Below are positions 1 to 8,591 of a DNA stretch of 64,000 nucleotides, one piece after another. The stretch is from assembly GCA_963699955.1 (NCBI GenBank), contig CAVOVV010000005.1, positions 122,001 to 186,000 on the forward strand, in the 5' to 3' direction. Within the stretch, counting starts at the first letter, position 1, and every line of letters starts with the position of its first letter. This stretch comes from an uncultured Gammaproteobacteria bacterium (GTDB lineage Bacteria; Pseudomonadota; Gammaproteobacteria; Steroidobacterales; Steroidobacteraceae). The notes beneath the pieces are model-generated. The model ran no database searches. It worked only from the letters and a program-made list of their open reading frames with translations, and was not told the DNA's origin. Both the position numbers and the translations under genes were made by a program.

Positions 1-621
1 CGCATCGGTTGCCATTTTGGTCCCGTGGTGCTCGAGACGCGCGACGTTTTTGGCGCCAGCGTGCACACCGCCAATCGCATGACCAGCCAGGCGAAAGCGG
101 GCCAGATCATCACAACCTCAGCCACTGTCGAGCGGCTCTCGCCCGAGTGGCGCGCCTCGGTGCGCCAGATCGACGTCGCCACGATTCGGGGGCAGGGCAC
201 GGAGATCGCACTCTACGAAGTGCTGTGGCAGACCGAGGATGTCACCAGCATGCTGCCGGCGCTTGCGCTGACGGCGCGTGATCATCGGCGCACGCTGCGC
301 CTGCGCCTGTCCGTGGGCAATCGCGAAGTGACCATCGACCAGCTGCATCCCCAGGTGGTGATTGGCCGCGCCGAAGAAAGCGACGTGATCGTGCGCGGCA
401 ACCTGATCTCGCGGCTCCACGCCCGCATTGATTTCAATCGCAACCGGTTCATGCTCACGGACCAGAGCACCAATGGTACGTTCGTGCAGATCGTCGGCCA
501 GGAGGAAGCCTTCGTCAGGCGCGACACGATTCCAATCTCGGGCGAGGGGATGATTGGCCTCGGTAAGGTGCCTGATATCGAATCGCCGCAGACTCTGCGG
601 TTCGTGTGCGAAGACGCCTGA
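1..621 (+). CDS. Class III adenylate/guanylate cyclase (C-terminal part of the catalytic domain) fused to an FHA domain; 5' end lies outside the window
   Basis: Frame 1 is open to the window edge. RIGCHFGPVVLETRDVFGASVHTANRMTSQAKAGQIITT resembles the end of a class III cyclase domain. VVIGRAEESDVIVRGNLISRLHARIDFNRNRFMLTDQSTNGTFV is FHA-like. Confidence 0.7.
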   Translation, partial: RIGCHFGPVVLETRDVFGASVHTANRMTSQAKAGQIITTSATVERLSPEWRASVRQIDVATIRGQGTEIALYEVLWQTEDVTSMLPALALTARDHRRTLRLRLSVGNREVTIDQLHPQVVIGRAEESDVIVRGNLISRLHARIDFNRNRFMLTDQSTNGTFVQIVGQEEAFVRRDTIPISGEGMIGLGKVPDIESPQTLRFVCEDA

Positions 622-649
622 CCGGCGTGCCGGGCGCGGGCCCGCCTGG

Positions 650-2434
650 TCAGCGGCTCACCGGCCCCAGGCGTCGCTCCACTTCGTCGAGTTCCGTGTA
701 CAAGGCGGCGGGCGCCGCGGCTCCGTAACCCTGCAGGTAGGCGCGGATATCGGCCACCTCCCGACGCAGTGCCGCCGGCGGGACCGTGGTCAATTCGACC
801 AGCACGGCCGGATCGATATCGAGTCCTGCCACGTCCAGATCTTCAGGGCGCGGCATCAGGCCAATGGCGCTGTCCTGCGCGCCGACGCGCCCAGCGCAGC
901 GCTCAAGCATCCAGTTCAGCACCCGCAGATTGTCCCCGAATCCCGGCCAGAGGTACTTGCCGGCCGCGTCCTGGCGGAACCAGTTGACGTGGAATATGCG
1001 CGGCGCATGCGCCAGGCGTGCACCGGTCTGCAGCCAGTGCGTGAAGTAGTGCCCGAAGTTGTAGCCGGCGAAAGGTTTCATGGCCATGGGGTCGCGACGC
1101 ACGATGCCGACATCGCCGGTGGCCGCGGCTGTGGTCTCAGAGGCCACCGAAGCGGCCACCAGCACGCCGTGCTGCCAGCTGCGGGCCTCGTACACGAGCG
1201 GCGCCAGTTCGCGCCGGCGTCCGCCGAATATCAGGGCCGTGATCGGCACGCCGCGCGGGTCCTCGGCGGCCGCGCTGTAACTTGGGTTCTGCGTGGCCGC
1301 GACCGTGAAGCGCGAATTCGGGTGCGCGGCCGGACCGCTACCGGACGAGTACGGGCGCCCCTGCCAGTCGATGGCGGGCGCGCCGTGTTTGCGACCCTCC
1401 CACCAGGGCTCGTTGTTGGCGGTGACCGCCACGTTCGTGAACAACGTGTCATGGCGGATCATTTCGTAGGCGTTACGGTTGGTCTTTTCGTTGGTGCCCG
1501 GCACCACGCCGAAATAGCCCGCCTCCGGGTTGATCGCCCACAAGCGACCGTCCGGCCCGGGATGGAGCCAAGCGATGTCATCACCCACGGTGAAGACCTT
1601 CCAGCCGGGGAGCGATTCGGGCGGAATCAGCATCGCCAGGTTGGTCTTGCCGCAGGAAGAGGGGAACGCCGCGGCCACATAGTGCGTTTCACCCGCCGGA
1701 TTTTGCAGCCCGACGATCAGCATGTGTTCGGCGAGCCAGCCCTCGGTTCTGGCCTGATAGCTGGCGATGCGCAGCGCGTGGCACTTCTTGCCCAACAGCG
1801 CGTTGCCGCCATACCCGGAGCCGAAGCTCTCGATCGCGAGTTCCTCGGGGTAATGCATGATGAAGCGGCGCGCCGGATTCAAATCGCCGGTCGAATGCAA
1901 TCCGCGCACGAAGGTGCCATCAACCGCAATGCGCTCGAGTGCCGGGCGGCCCATGCGCGTCATCAGCCACATGTTGAGTACCACGTAGGCGCTGTCCGTG
2001 ATCTCGACGCCGCAGCGGGCATTGGGCGAATCTATCGGACCCATGCAATAGGGGACTACGTAAAGCGTGCGGCCGCGCATGCAGCCTCGGAACAGTTCGC
2101 GCATGCGCGCCCGGGCCACTGCGGGCGCCAGCCAATTGTTGTTGGGTCCGGCTTCCTCCTGGGTGCTCGTGCATACGAAGGTCAGATGCTCGACGCGGGC
2201 CACGTCGGTCGGATCCGACCGGTACAGGTAGCAGCCGGGAAAGCTGTCTTGGTTGAGTTTGCGCAATTCGCCCTTGCGCACCAGCTCCTCACGCAGGCGC
2301 TGGTATTCCTCCGGCGAGCCGTCGCACCAATAGATGCGCTCCGGCTGCGTCAAGGCCGCAACCTCGGTCACCCAAGTGGCGACGCTTTTAGCGATTTCTG
2401 CCACAGAAGCCAGGGTATGGGGCGCGCTCGCCAT
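650..2434 (-). CDS. pckG: Phosphoenolpyruvate carboxykinase (GTP)
   Basis: 594-aa ORF with GTP-PEPCK hallmarks (FPSSCGKTNLAML, WLAEHMLIVG, YFGVVPGTN) and typical length. Confidence 0.9.
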   Translation of the reverse strand: MASAPHTLASVAEIAKSVATWVTEVAALTQPERIYWCDGSPEEYQRLREELVRKGELRKLNQDSFPGCYLYRSDPTDVARVEHLTFVCTSTQEEAGPNNNWLAPAVARARMRELFRGCMRGRTLYVVPYCMGPIDSPNARCGVEITDSAYVVLNMWLMTRMGRPALERIAVDGTFVRGLHSTGDLNPARRFIMHYPEELAIESFGSGYGGNALLGKKCHALRIASYQARTEGWLAEHMLIVGLQNPAGETHYVAAAFPSSCGKTNLAMLIPPESLPGWKVFTVGDDIAWLHPGPDGRLWAINPEAGYFGVVPGTNEKTNRNAYEMIRHDTLFTNVAVTANNEPWWEGRKHGAPAIDWQGRPYSSGSGPAAHPNSRFTVAATQNPSYSAAAEDPRGVPITALIFGGRRRELAPLVYEARSWQHGVLVAASVASETTAAATGDVGIVRRDPMAMKPFAGYNFGHYFTHWLQTGARLAHAPRIFHVNWFRQDAAGKYLWPGFGDNLRVLNWMLERCAGRVGAQDSAIGLMPRPEDLDVAGLDIDPAVLVELTTVPPAALRREVADIRAYLQGYGAAAPAALYTELDEVERRLGPVSR

Positions 2435-2525
2435 GACGTATCCTTGAGGCCAGCGCCCGAGTATATCCGCTATAGCTGGGAGTCATTTTCTTGCCATCAA
2501 TTGTAGCCTATTTTGGGTGCTCGGC

Positions 2526-4505
2526 ATGAGCGCCGTGGAGGAGGTGTTCCGGCCCGGCGGGGCGCTGGCGCGTGCTTTTGAGGGATTCGTCACACGGCCT
2601 ACACAGCGGCGCATGGCCGAGCGCATCGCCGTGGCAATGGCGCAACGCGAGCATCTGCTGGTGGAGGCGGGGACCGGTACCGGCAAGACCTTTGCGTACC
2701 TCGTGCCGGCGTTGACTTCTGGCCTGCGCGTGCTCATTTCGACCGGCACGCGTACGCTGCAAGATCAGCTCTACACGCGCGATATTCCGTTACTGGCCGG
2801 TGCGCTCGGTCGCCCGCTCACTACGGCACTTCTTAAAGGCCGCGCCAACTATCTGTGCCTGGCGAAGCTTGGCGACGCGCTCGCGCAACAATCGCTGTTG
2901 CAGGAGGAGCCGCGACTGAGCGCGCAGCTGCGCGACTGGGCGAGCACGACGCGCAGTGGCGACCTGGCCGAGGTATCGGCGCTGGGCGAGTCGCATCCCT
3001 TGCGTGCCCAGCTTACCAGCACGCGCGAAGCCTGCACCGGTGCGCGATGCAGCGAGTTTTCGCGTTGCCACGTGTTCGCGGCGCGGCGCGCCGCCCTTGA
3101 AGCGGATCTCGTGGTCGTCAATCACCACCTGTTGCTCGCGGATTTGGCGCTCAAGGAGGACGGGTACGGTGAGTTGCTGCCGGGCGTCGATGCGCTGATT
3201 CTCGACGAAGCGCACCAGCTCCCGGACCTGGCGGCCGAGTTCTTCGGGATCAGTTGTTCGAGCCGCCAGTTCGAAATCTTGCTGCTCGATGCGCGCCGCG
3301 AATTGCAACTAGCCGCGGTGCAGACGAAAGAGATTGCGCGCCTCGGTGCGCTCGTTGAAGAGCCGCTCCGGCTACTGCGAGCCGCCTTAGGTCAGCAGGA
3401 GCGGCGCATGGCCTGGGAGGAACTCAGTGCCGAAGCCATGGACGGCTGCGAATCACTGCGCGGCGCGCTGGATGAATGGGCCACTGCGCTGGCCGGGCTG
3501 GCAGAGTCTGCCGGCATCGCGCAATGCGTGGCGCGCGCTCGATCATTGGCAACGGCTTTGACGCAGCTGATGACCGTGCCCGAGGACCCGCAGGCTGGCG
3601 GGGCCCGCAGCGTGGAGCTGAGCGCGCGCGGATTCGTGCTGAGCCTGCTGCCCTACGATGTCTCCGCCCGTTTCCGCGCGCTCATCGATCAACATCCCAG
3701 CGCCTGGATTTTCACCTCGGCCACGCTGGCGCTGGCAGGAAATTTCCGGCATTTCTCCGCGCGCCTGGGGCTCGCGGATGCCGAAACGCTGTGCCTCGAG
3801 AGCCCCTTCGATTACGAGCGCCAGGCGCTGCTGTATCTGCCGGAAGGTCTGCCCGAACCGAGTGCGTTCAATTACACCGCGGCGGTGATCGAGGCCGTGC
3901 GACCGCTACTCGAAGCCAGCGAAGGGGGCGCCTTCCTATTATTCACCAGCCATCGCGCGCTGCGGCTTGCAGCGGCCGTGCTGCGCGCCGCCGACTGGCC
4001 CTCCGCCTGGCCGTTGCTGGTTCAGAACGACGCGCCGCGCGAACTGCTGCTGCGGCGATTTCGCGATTCCGGACACGCCGTGCTGCTGGGCACGGCCAGT
4101 TTCTGGGAAGGCGTCGACGTTCAGGGCGACGCGCTGCGTCTGGTCATGATCGACAAGCTGCCGTTCGCCCCGCCGGATGATCCGCAGGTACGCGCCCGCG
4201 CGCAGTTTCTGCGTGCGCTGGGGGTGAACGCGTTTCGGGACTACCAGCTCCCGGAGGCCGCTTTGGCCCTTAAGCAGGGCGTGGGGCGGTTGATCCGGAG
4301 TGAAGAGGATCGGGGCGTGGTGATGATCTGCGACCCGCGCCTGATGACTCGTGGCTACGGCCGCGCGCTGCTGGCCAGTCTGCCGCCGATGCGGCCTACG
4401 CGCGACGCGGGTGAAGCGACTGCATTGCTGAAGCGCTGCGCGCGCCAGCGCTCGGCGAGCGGCCCGCCGTCCCTCGCTTCGGCGGCGGCCCGAATAACCG
4501 CATGA
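2526..4505 (+). CDS. yoaA: ATP-dependent DNA helicase, DinG family (YoaA-like)
   Basis: N-terminus GFVTRPTQRRMAERIAVAM..LLVEAGTGTGKTFAYLVPAL and the DEAH box ILDEAHQL match YoaA/DinG. An in-frame GTG at 2517 is an alternative start. Confidence 0.8.
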   Translation: MSAVEEVFRPGGALARAFEGFVTRPTQRRMAERIAVAMAQREHLLVEAGTGTGKTFAYLVPALTSGLRVLISTGTRTLQDQLYTRDIPLLAGALGRPLTTALLKGRANYLCLAKLGDALAQQSLLQEEPRLSAQLRDWASTTRSGDLAEVSALGESHPLRAQLTSTREACTGARCSEFSRCHVFAARRAALEADLVVVNHHLLLADLALKEDGYGELLPGVDALILDEAHQLPDLAAEFFGISCSSRQFEILLLDARRELQLAAVQTKEIARLGALVEEPLRLLRAALGQQERRMAWEELSAEAMDGCESLRGALDEWATALAGLAESAGIAQCVARARSLATALTQLMTVPEDPQAGGARSVELSARGFVLSLLPYDVSARFRALIDQHPSAWIFTSATLALAGNFRHFSARLGLADAETLCLESPFDYERQALLYLPEGLPEPSAFNYTAAVIEAVRPLLEASEGGAFLLFTSHRALRLAAAVLRAADWPSAWPLLVQNDAPRELLLRRFRDSGHAVLLGTASFWEGVDVQGDALRLVMIDKLPFAPPDDPQVRARAQFLRALGVNAFRDYQLPEAALALKQGVGRLIRSEEDRGVVMICDPRLMTRGYGRALLASLPPMRPTRDAGEATALLKRCARQRSASGPPSLASAAARITA

Positions 4506-5206
4506 GGCTCCTGGCGCTCGATACCGCCACGGACTGGTGCAGCGTAGCGCTGTCGCAGGACGGTGAAATTTTGAGCCGCGAAGCGCGCGCCGAGCGTGGT
4601 CACGGCGGCCAGGTGCTGACACTGATTGACGCGCTGCTTGCGGAGGCAGGGACCGCGCTGGGCGCGCTCGATGCACTGGCATTCGGGCGCGGCCCGGGTG
4701 CGTTTACGGGGCTACGCTTGGCGGCCAGCGTTACTCAGGGACTGGCGTTTGCCGCCGGCATTCCAGTCATCGCCGTGTCAGACCTGCGCGCCCTTGCCCA
4801 GCAGGTATTGCTGCCCCCGCACCAGGACGCGCGCGTGCTCGTTTGCCATGACGCGCGCATGGGTGAGGTCTACTGGGCGGGATTTTGTAGCGTCGGCGGC
4901 TGCGCGCGCGCCGATACCCCCGAATCCGTGGCGGCGCCCAAGGAAATGATGGATGCCGCCCGCTCCTGGATTGGCGCCGGGGCCGTCAGCGGCGCCGGCA
5001 CCGGCTTTGCCGTGTATCCGGAGTTCTCGATCCTAAAGCCGCGCCTGCAGTTGCTGTGCGCCGACATCCATCCACGCGCGCGGGAGATCGCGTTGCTTGC
5101 GGCATATGATGGCCTGCAGGCCGCCGTGCCTGCGGAACATGCGCTGCCGGTCTATGTGCGCGACAATGTGGCGGCGGTGCCGAGCCGGCCGGAACCCAGC
5201 GCGTGA
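4502..5206 (+). CDS. tsaB: tRNA threonylcarbamoyladenosine biosynthesis protein TsaB
   Basis: MRLLALDTATDWCSVAL...GRGPGAFTGLRL is a typical YeaZ/TsaB N-terminus. ATGA overlap with the upstream helicase stop. Confidence 0.85.
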   Translation: MRLLALDTATDWCSVALSQDGEILSREARAERGHGGQVLTLIDALLAEAGTALGALDALAFGRGPGAFTGLRLAASVTQGLAFAAGIPVIAVSDLRALAQQVLLPPHQDARVLVCHDARMGEVYWAGFCSVGGCARADTPESVAAPKEMMDAARSWIGAGAVSGAGTGFAVYPEFSILKPRLQLLCADIHPRAREIALLAAYDGLQAAVPAEHALPVYVRDNVAAVPSRPEPSA

Positions 5207-5218
5207 GTGCCGGCTGCG

Positions 5219-5252
5219 CTGTCACAGATTCGTCATGCACACAGGCTACTGT
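5219..5252 (+). promoter_or_regulatory. Pho box (CTGTCAC-AGAT-TCGTCAT) with a downstream -10-like TACTGT, upstream of phoB
   Basis: Two 7-nt direct repeats separated by 4 nt at 5219-5236. A TAnnnT hexamer sits at 5247-5252, 10 nt downstream. This is the classical PhoB-dependent promoter layout. The ATG of phoB is at 5280. Confidence 0.55.
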
Positions 5253-5279
5253 GGCGCCGCCAAAGGTTATTGCAGTCTT

Positions 5280-5978
5280 ATGACACCCAAGCAGATTCTG
5301 ATCGTGGAAGACGAGCGGCCAATCCGGGAGATGATCGCCTTTGGTCTCAAGCGCGCCGGATTCGAGGTGCGCGAAGCCGAAGACAGCCGCACCGCCCGCT
5401 CGGCGCTGGCGAATCGACGCCCGGATCTGGTGTTGGTCGACTGGATGCTGCCCGATACCAGCGGCCTCGAGCTCACGCGCGCCCTCAAGCGCGACCGCGA
5501 GACGCGCGACCTGCCCGTCATCATGCTGACGGCACGCGCCGCCGAAGCCGACAAAGTGGCGGGGCTGGACGGCGGCGCGGACGACTATCTCACCAAGCCT
5601 TTCTCGCCGCGCGAACTGCTGGCGCGCGTCAATGCACTGTTGCGTCGTGTCTCCGGACCGGACGACGGCGAGGCGGTGGTTCACGGCGCGCTGACGCTGG
5701 ATCGCGCCGGCCATCGGGTGAGCTACACCGATCGCCCGGTGCCGCTGGGCCCCACCGAATACCGCCTGCTGGAATTTTTCATGCTGCACCCCGATCGTGT
5801 GTACAGTCGCGAGCAACTTCTGGACCGCGTCTGGGGAGGCAATGTCTATGTGGAAGAGCGGACCATCGATGTGCACATTCGGCGACTGCGCAAGGCGCTC
5901 GAGGAATTCGATTGCGACCAGTTCATCCAGACCGTGCGCGGCGCGGGCTATCGGTTTTCGGTACGCGTAGACGCCTGA
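5280..5978 (+). CDS. phoB: Phosphate regulon response regulator PhoB
   Basis: MTPKQILIVEDERPIREMI...DWMLPDTSGLEL...winged-helix C-terminus (VRGAGYRF). The start is taken at the internal ATG (5280) of the longer 5097 ORF. Confidence 0.9.
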   Translation: MTPKQILIVEDERPIREMIAFGLKRAGFEVREAEDSRTARSALANRRPDLVLVDWMLPDTSGLELTRALKRDRETRDLPVIMLTARAAEADKVAGLDGGADDYLTKPFSPRELLARVNALLRRVSGPDDGEAVVHGALTLDRAGHRVSYTDRPVPLGPTEYRLLEFFMLHPDRVYSREQLLDRVWGGNVYVEERTIDVHIRRLRKALEEFDCDQFIQTVRGAGYRFSVRVDA

Positions 5979-5985
5979 TTCCTCG

Positions 5986-7281
5986 ATGACCGTGGCGCTC
6001 TGGCGGAGCCTGTTCCTAACGACGTTGGCGGCCGTGTTGGTGGCCGTGCTGATCGGGCTGCTGACCGGTCACGTCGGGATCGCCGTGGCGGTGGTGCTGG
6101 CCGCCGTGCTGATGCGCCAGCTGTACATGCTGCAGCGGGTATTGCTGTGGCTGCGCAGCGATCGCGCGGACCTGGTGCCCGATGCCGGGGGCGCCTGGGG
6201 CGACGTGATTGGACTGATCGCGCGGCTGTTCCGTCGCAAGCAGTACCACAAGCGCCGCATGCGGCAGCTGCTGCGCGAGCTGCGCCACTCGACCGCGGCG
6301 ATCCCCGACGGCGTGGTGATGCTCAATCCCGCCGCCGAGATTCTGTGGTTCAACCGCTCTGCCGCCGAGCTGCTCAGCCTGCGCAGCCCCGGCGATGTCG
6401 GACTGCGTATCGACAATCTGGTGCGCCATCCCCAGTTCGTCAACTACCTGCGTAACGGCGACTACCACTCGCCGGTCGTGGTGCAGAGCGCCGGCATAAC
6501 GGAGCAGCACCTGCAGTTCCAGGTGGTGCCGTACGGCGCCGGTCAATTGTTGCTGATGGTGCGTGATGTCACGCGGCAGGTGCGACTCGAGGCCATGCGC
6601 AAGGACTTCGTCGCCAACGCTTCGCACGAACTGCGCTCGCCGCTGACCGTGATTTCGGGATACCTTGAGACGCTTGCGCAGGAGGAATCGCTCGATCCGG
6701 TGCTGCAGGGTCAGATGCAGGAGATGCGCCGCCAGGCGCTGCGCATGACCGCCATCGTCCAGGACCTGCTCGAGCTTTCGCGCCTGGAGGCGGACGGTGG
6801 GGTGCCCAACGAAGAGCCGGTCGACGTCGGCGCTCTGTTGACCCGCTTGCGCAGTGATCTGCTGGCGCGGCACGCGCTGCAACTGCAGGTGCGGATGCAG
6901 GTGGACACGCCGGACCGGTTGCGCGGTGAGCCGGCGCAGTTGCACTCGGCTTTTGCGAACCTGCTGGACAATGCCGCGAAGTACACGCCGGCCGGCGGCA
7001 GCGTGGTGATGCGTTGGTGGCGCGATGAACACGGGGGCTACCTGTCCGTGACCGACACCGGCATCGGCATTGCCTCCGAGCACATCCCGAGGCTCACCGA
7101 GCGCTTCTATCGGGTGGACGCGGGGCGGAGCCGCGCGAGCGGCGGGTCGGGACTCGGGCTGGCAATCGTCAAGCACGTCCTGCAGCGTCACGACGCCAGC
7201 TTGCAGATCGTCAGTGAGGAAGGCCGCGGCAGTACCTTTACCTGCCATTTCCCAGCGGCGCGACTGCTCCCGCCTGCGTGA
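5986..7281 (+). CDS. phoR: Phosphate regulon sensor histidine kinase PhoR
   Basis: N-terminal TM segments, a PAS-like region, H-box FVANASHELRSPLTV and an ATPase domain (GGSGLGLAIVKHV). It lies immediately downstream of phoB. Confidence 0.9.
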   Translation: MTVALWRSLFLTTLAAVLVAVLIGLLTGHVGIAVAVVLAAVLMRQLYMLQRVLLWLRSDRADLVPDAGGAWGDVIGLIARLFRRKQYHKRRMRQLLRELRHSTAAIPDGVVMLNPAAEILWFNRSAAELLSLRSPGDVGLRIDNLVRHPQFVNYLRNGDYHSPVVVQSAGITEQHLQFQVVPYGAGQLLLMVRDVTRQVRLEAMRKDFVANASHELRSPLTVISGYLETLAQEESLDPVLQGQMQEMRRQALRMTAIVQDLLELSRLEADGGVPNEEPVDVGALLTRLRSDLLARHALQLQVRMQVDTPDRLRGEPAQLHSAFANLLDNAAKYTPAGGSVVMRWWRDEHGGYLSVTDTGIGIASEHIPRLTERFYRVDAGRSRASGGSGLGLAIVKHVLQRHDASLQIVSEEGRGSTFTCHFPAARLLPPA

Positions 7282-7368
7282 TGCGGGACGGCTCCGAGAC
7301 GCCGGTCGCATCTCTTTTTGCCGCGGCTGGGCTATAGTTGGTGTCAGTGACCGTCAGGAATTGAATTC

Positions 7369-8097
7369 ATGGAAGCCGCCGATCTCTCGCACCACACCTC
7401 ACGTCGCTTCAATGAAGATCTGGAGCGCGTGCGCACCAAGGTTTTGGCGATGGGCGGACTGGTCGAGGAGCAGCTCAGCCACGCGCTGACGGCTCTGGTG
7501 CAGGGCGATAGCGCCCTCGGCCGATTGGTGGCGAGCCAGGATTACAAGGTCAACGGCATGGAGGTGTCCATCGACGAGGAATGCAGCCGCATCCTCGCCA
7601 CTCGCGCCCCCGCCGCCGGCGATCTACGCATGGTGGTCGCCACCATCAAGACCATCACCGATCTGGAGCGCATCGGCGACGAGTGTGAACGGATCGGCAG
7701 TATCGCCGCGCGGCTTGCCAAGGCGGAGCACCCGCAGGATCGCTACCGCGAGGTCAAGCACCTGGGGCGCACGGTGCAGCTGATGGTGCACAACATGCTC
7801 GATGCCTGTGCGCGACTGGACTCCACGCTGGCGCTGGAAACGGCGCGCAACGATCGCATCGTGGACGAGGAGTACGAGTCGATACAGCGCCAGTGCATCA
7901 CTTTCATGATGGAGGATCCGCGCACCATACGCCGGGCGCTGGAAGTGATGTGGGTGGTGCGCTCGCTGGAGCGGATTGGCGATCACGCCAAAAATATCTG
8001 CGAGTACATCATTTATATGGTGCACGGCAAGGATATACGCCATACCTCGCTGGAGAGCGTGGAGCAGGAACTCATCAGTCAAGCCGCGCGCGAGTGA
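7369..8097 (+). CDS. phoU: Phosphate signalling complex protein PhoU (copy 1)
   Basis: 242 aa. Duplicated PhoU repeats carry the DLERIGD and SLERIGDHAKN motifs. Confidence 0.9.
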   Translation: MEAADLSHHTSRRFNEDLERVRTKVLAMGGLVEEQLSHALTALVQGDSALGRLVASQDYKVNGMEVSIDEECSRILATRAPAAGDLRMVVATIKTITDLERIGDECERIGSIAARLAKAEHPQDRYREVKHLGRTVQLMVHNMLDACARLDSTLALETARNDRIVDEEYESIQRQCITFMMEDPRTIRRALEVMWVVRSLERIGDHAKNICEYIIYMVHGKDIRHTSLESVEQELISQAARE

Positions 8098-8591
8098 TGC
8101 GGTTGAGCCGGCGGCTTCTCAATCTTTCGGGCTTCGTCTGCTGCGCGGGATTACTGGGCTATGCCTGGTACGCGCAGGGAGTGCTTAGGGTTGAGCCCTG
8201 CCCGCTGTGTATCTTCCAGCGGATTGGCGTGGCGGCGACCGGCTTGATCTTCCTGGCAGCCTGGCTGCATGCGCCACGCAGCTGGGGGGCGCGGGTATAC
8301 GGCGCCCTGCTGGCCCTGGCAGCGCTGGCCACGATGGCGGTTGCCGCACGACACGTGTGGATACAGCATCTGCCCGAAGGAGCGGTGCCGGCCTGCGGCG
8401 CGGGCCTTAAGTTCCTGCTGGAAGAGTTTCCGCTGGCCGAGGTGGTGCGCAAAGTGCTGAGCGGCTCCGGGGAGTGTCATCAGGTGAACTGGACTTTCCT
8501 GTCGCTGGCGATGCCCACCTGGGTGTTGCTGATGGCCGGGGCGCTGGGGGCGTTCGGGCTGTACGCCAATTTCAGCCAGCGGCCGCGCTAG
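8097..8591 (+). CDS. dsbB: Disulfide bond formation protein B
   Basis: MRLSRRLLNLSGFVCCAGLLGYAWY..EPCPLCIFQR (CxxC in the first periplasmic loop) and four TM-like segments. The start ATG overlaps the phoU TGA by 1 nt (TGATG). Confidence 0.8.
   Translation: MRLSRRLLNLSGFVCCAGLLGYAWYAQGVLRVEPCPLCIFQRIGVAATGLIFLAAWLHAPRSWGARVYGALLALAALATMAVAARHVWIQHLPEGAVPACGAGLKFLLEEFPLAEVVRKVLSGSGECHQVNWTFLSLAMPTWVLLMAGALGAFGLYANFSQRPR

Noticed and set aside
554-2506. 650-aa plus-strand ORF covering the whole pckG locus
   Set aside because: It lies antisense to a gene with unmistakable GTP-PEPCK motifs. Its composition is dominated by Arg, Ala, Gly and Pro, and I recognise no motifs. This is a typical shadow ORF of GC-rich DNA.
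7341-7358. Pho-box-like GTGTCAG-TGAC-CGTCAGG upstream of phoU copy 1
   Set aside because: It ends only 10 nt before the ATG and overlaps the likely RBS (AGGA at 7356-7359), leaving no room for a -10 element and leader. phoU1 is more likely co-transcribed with phoBR.
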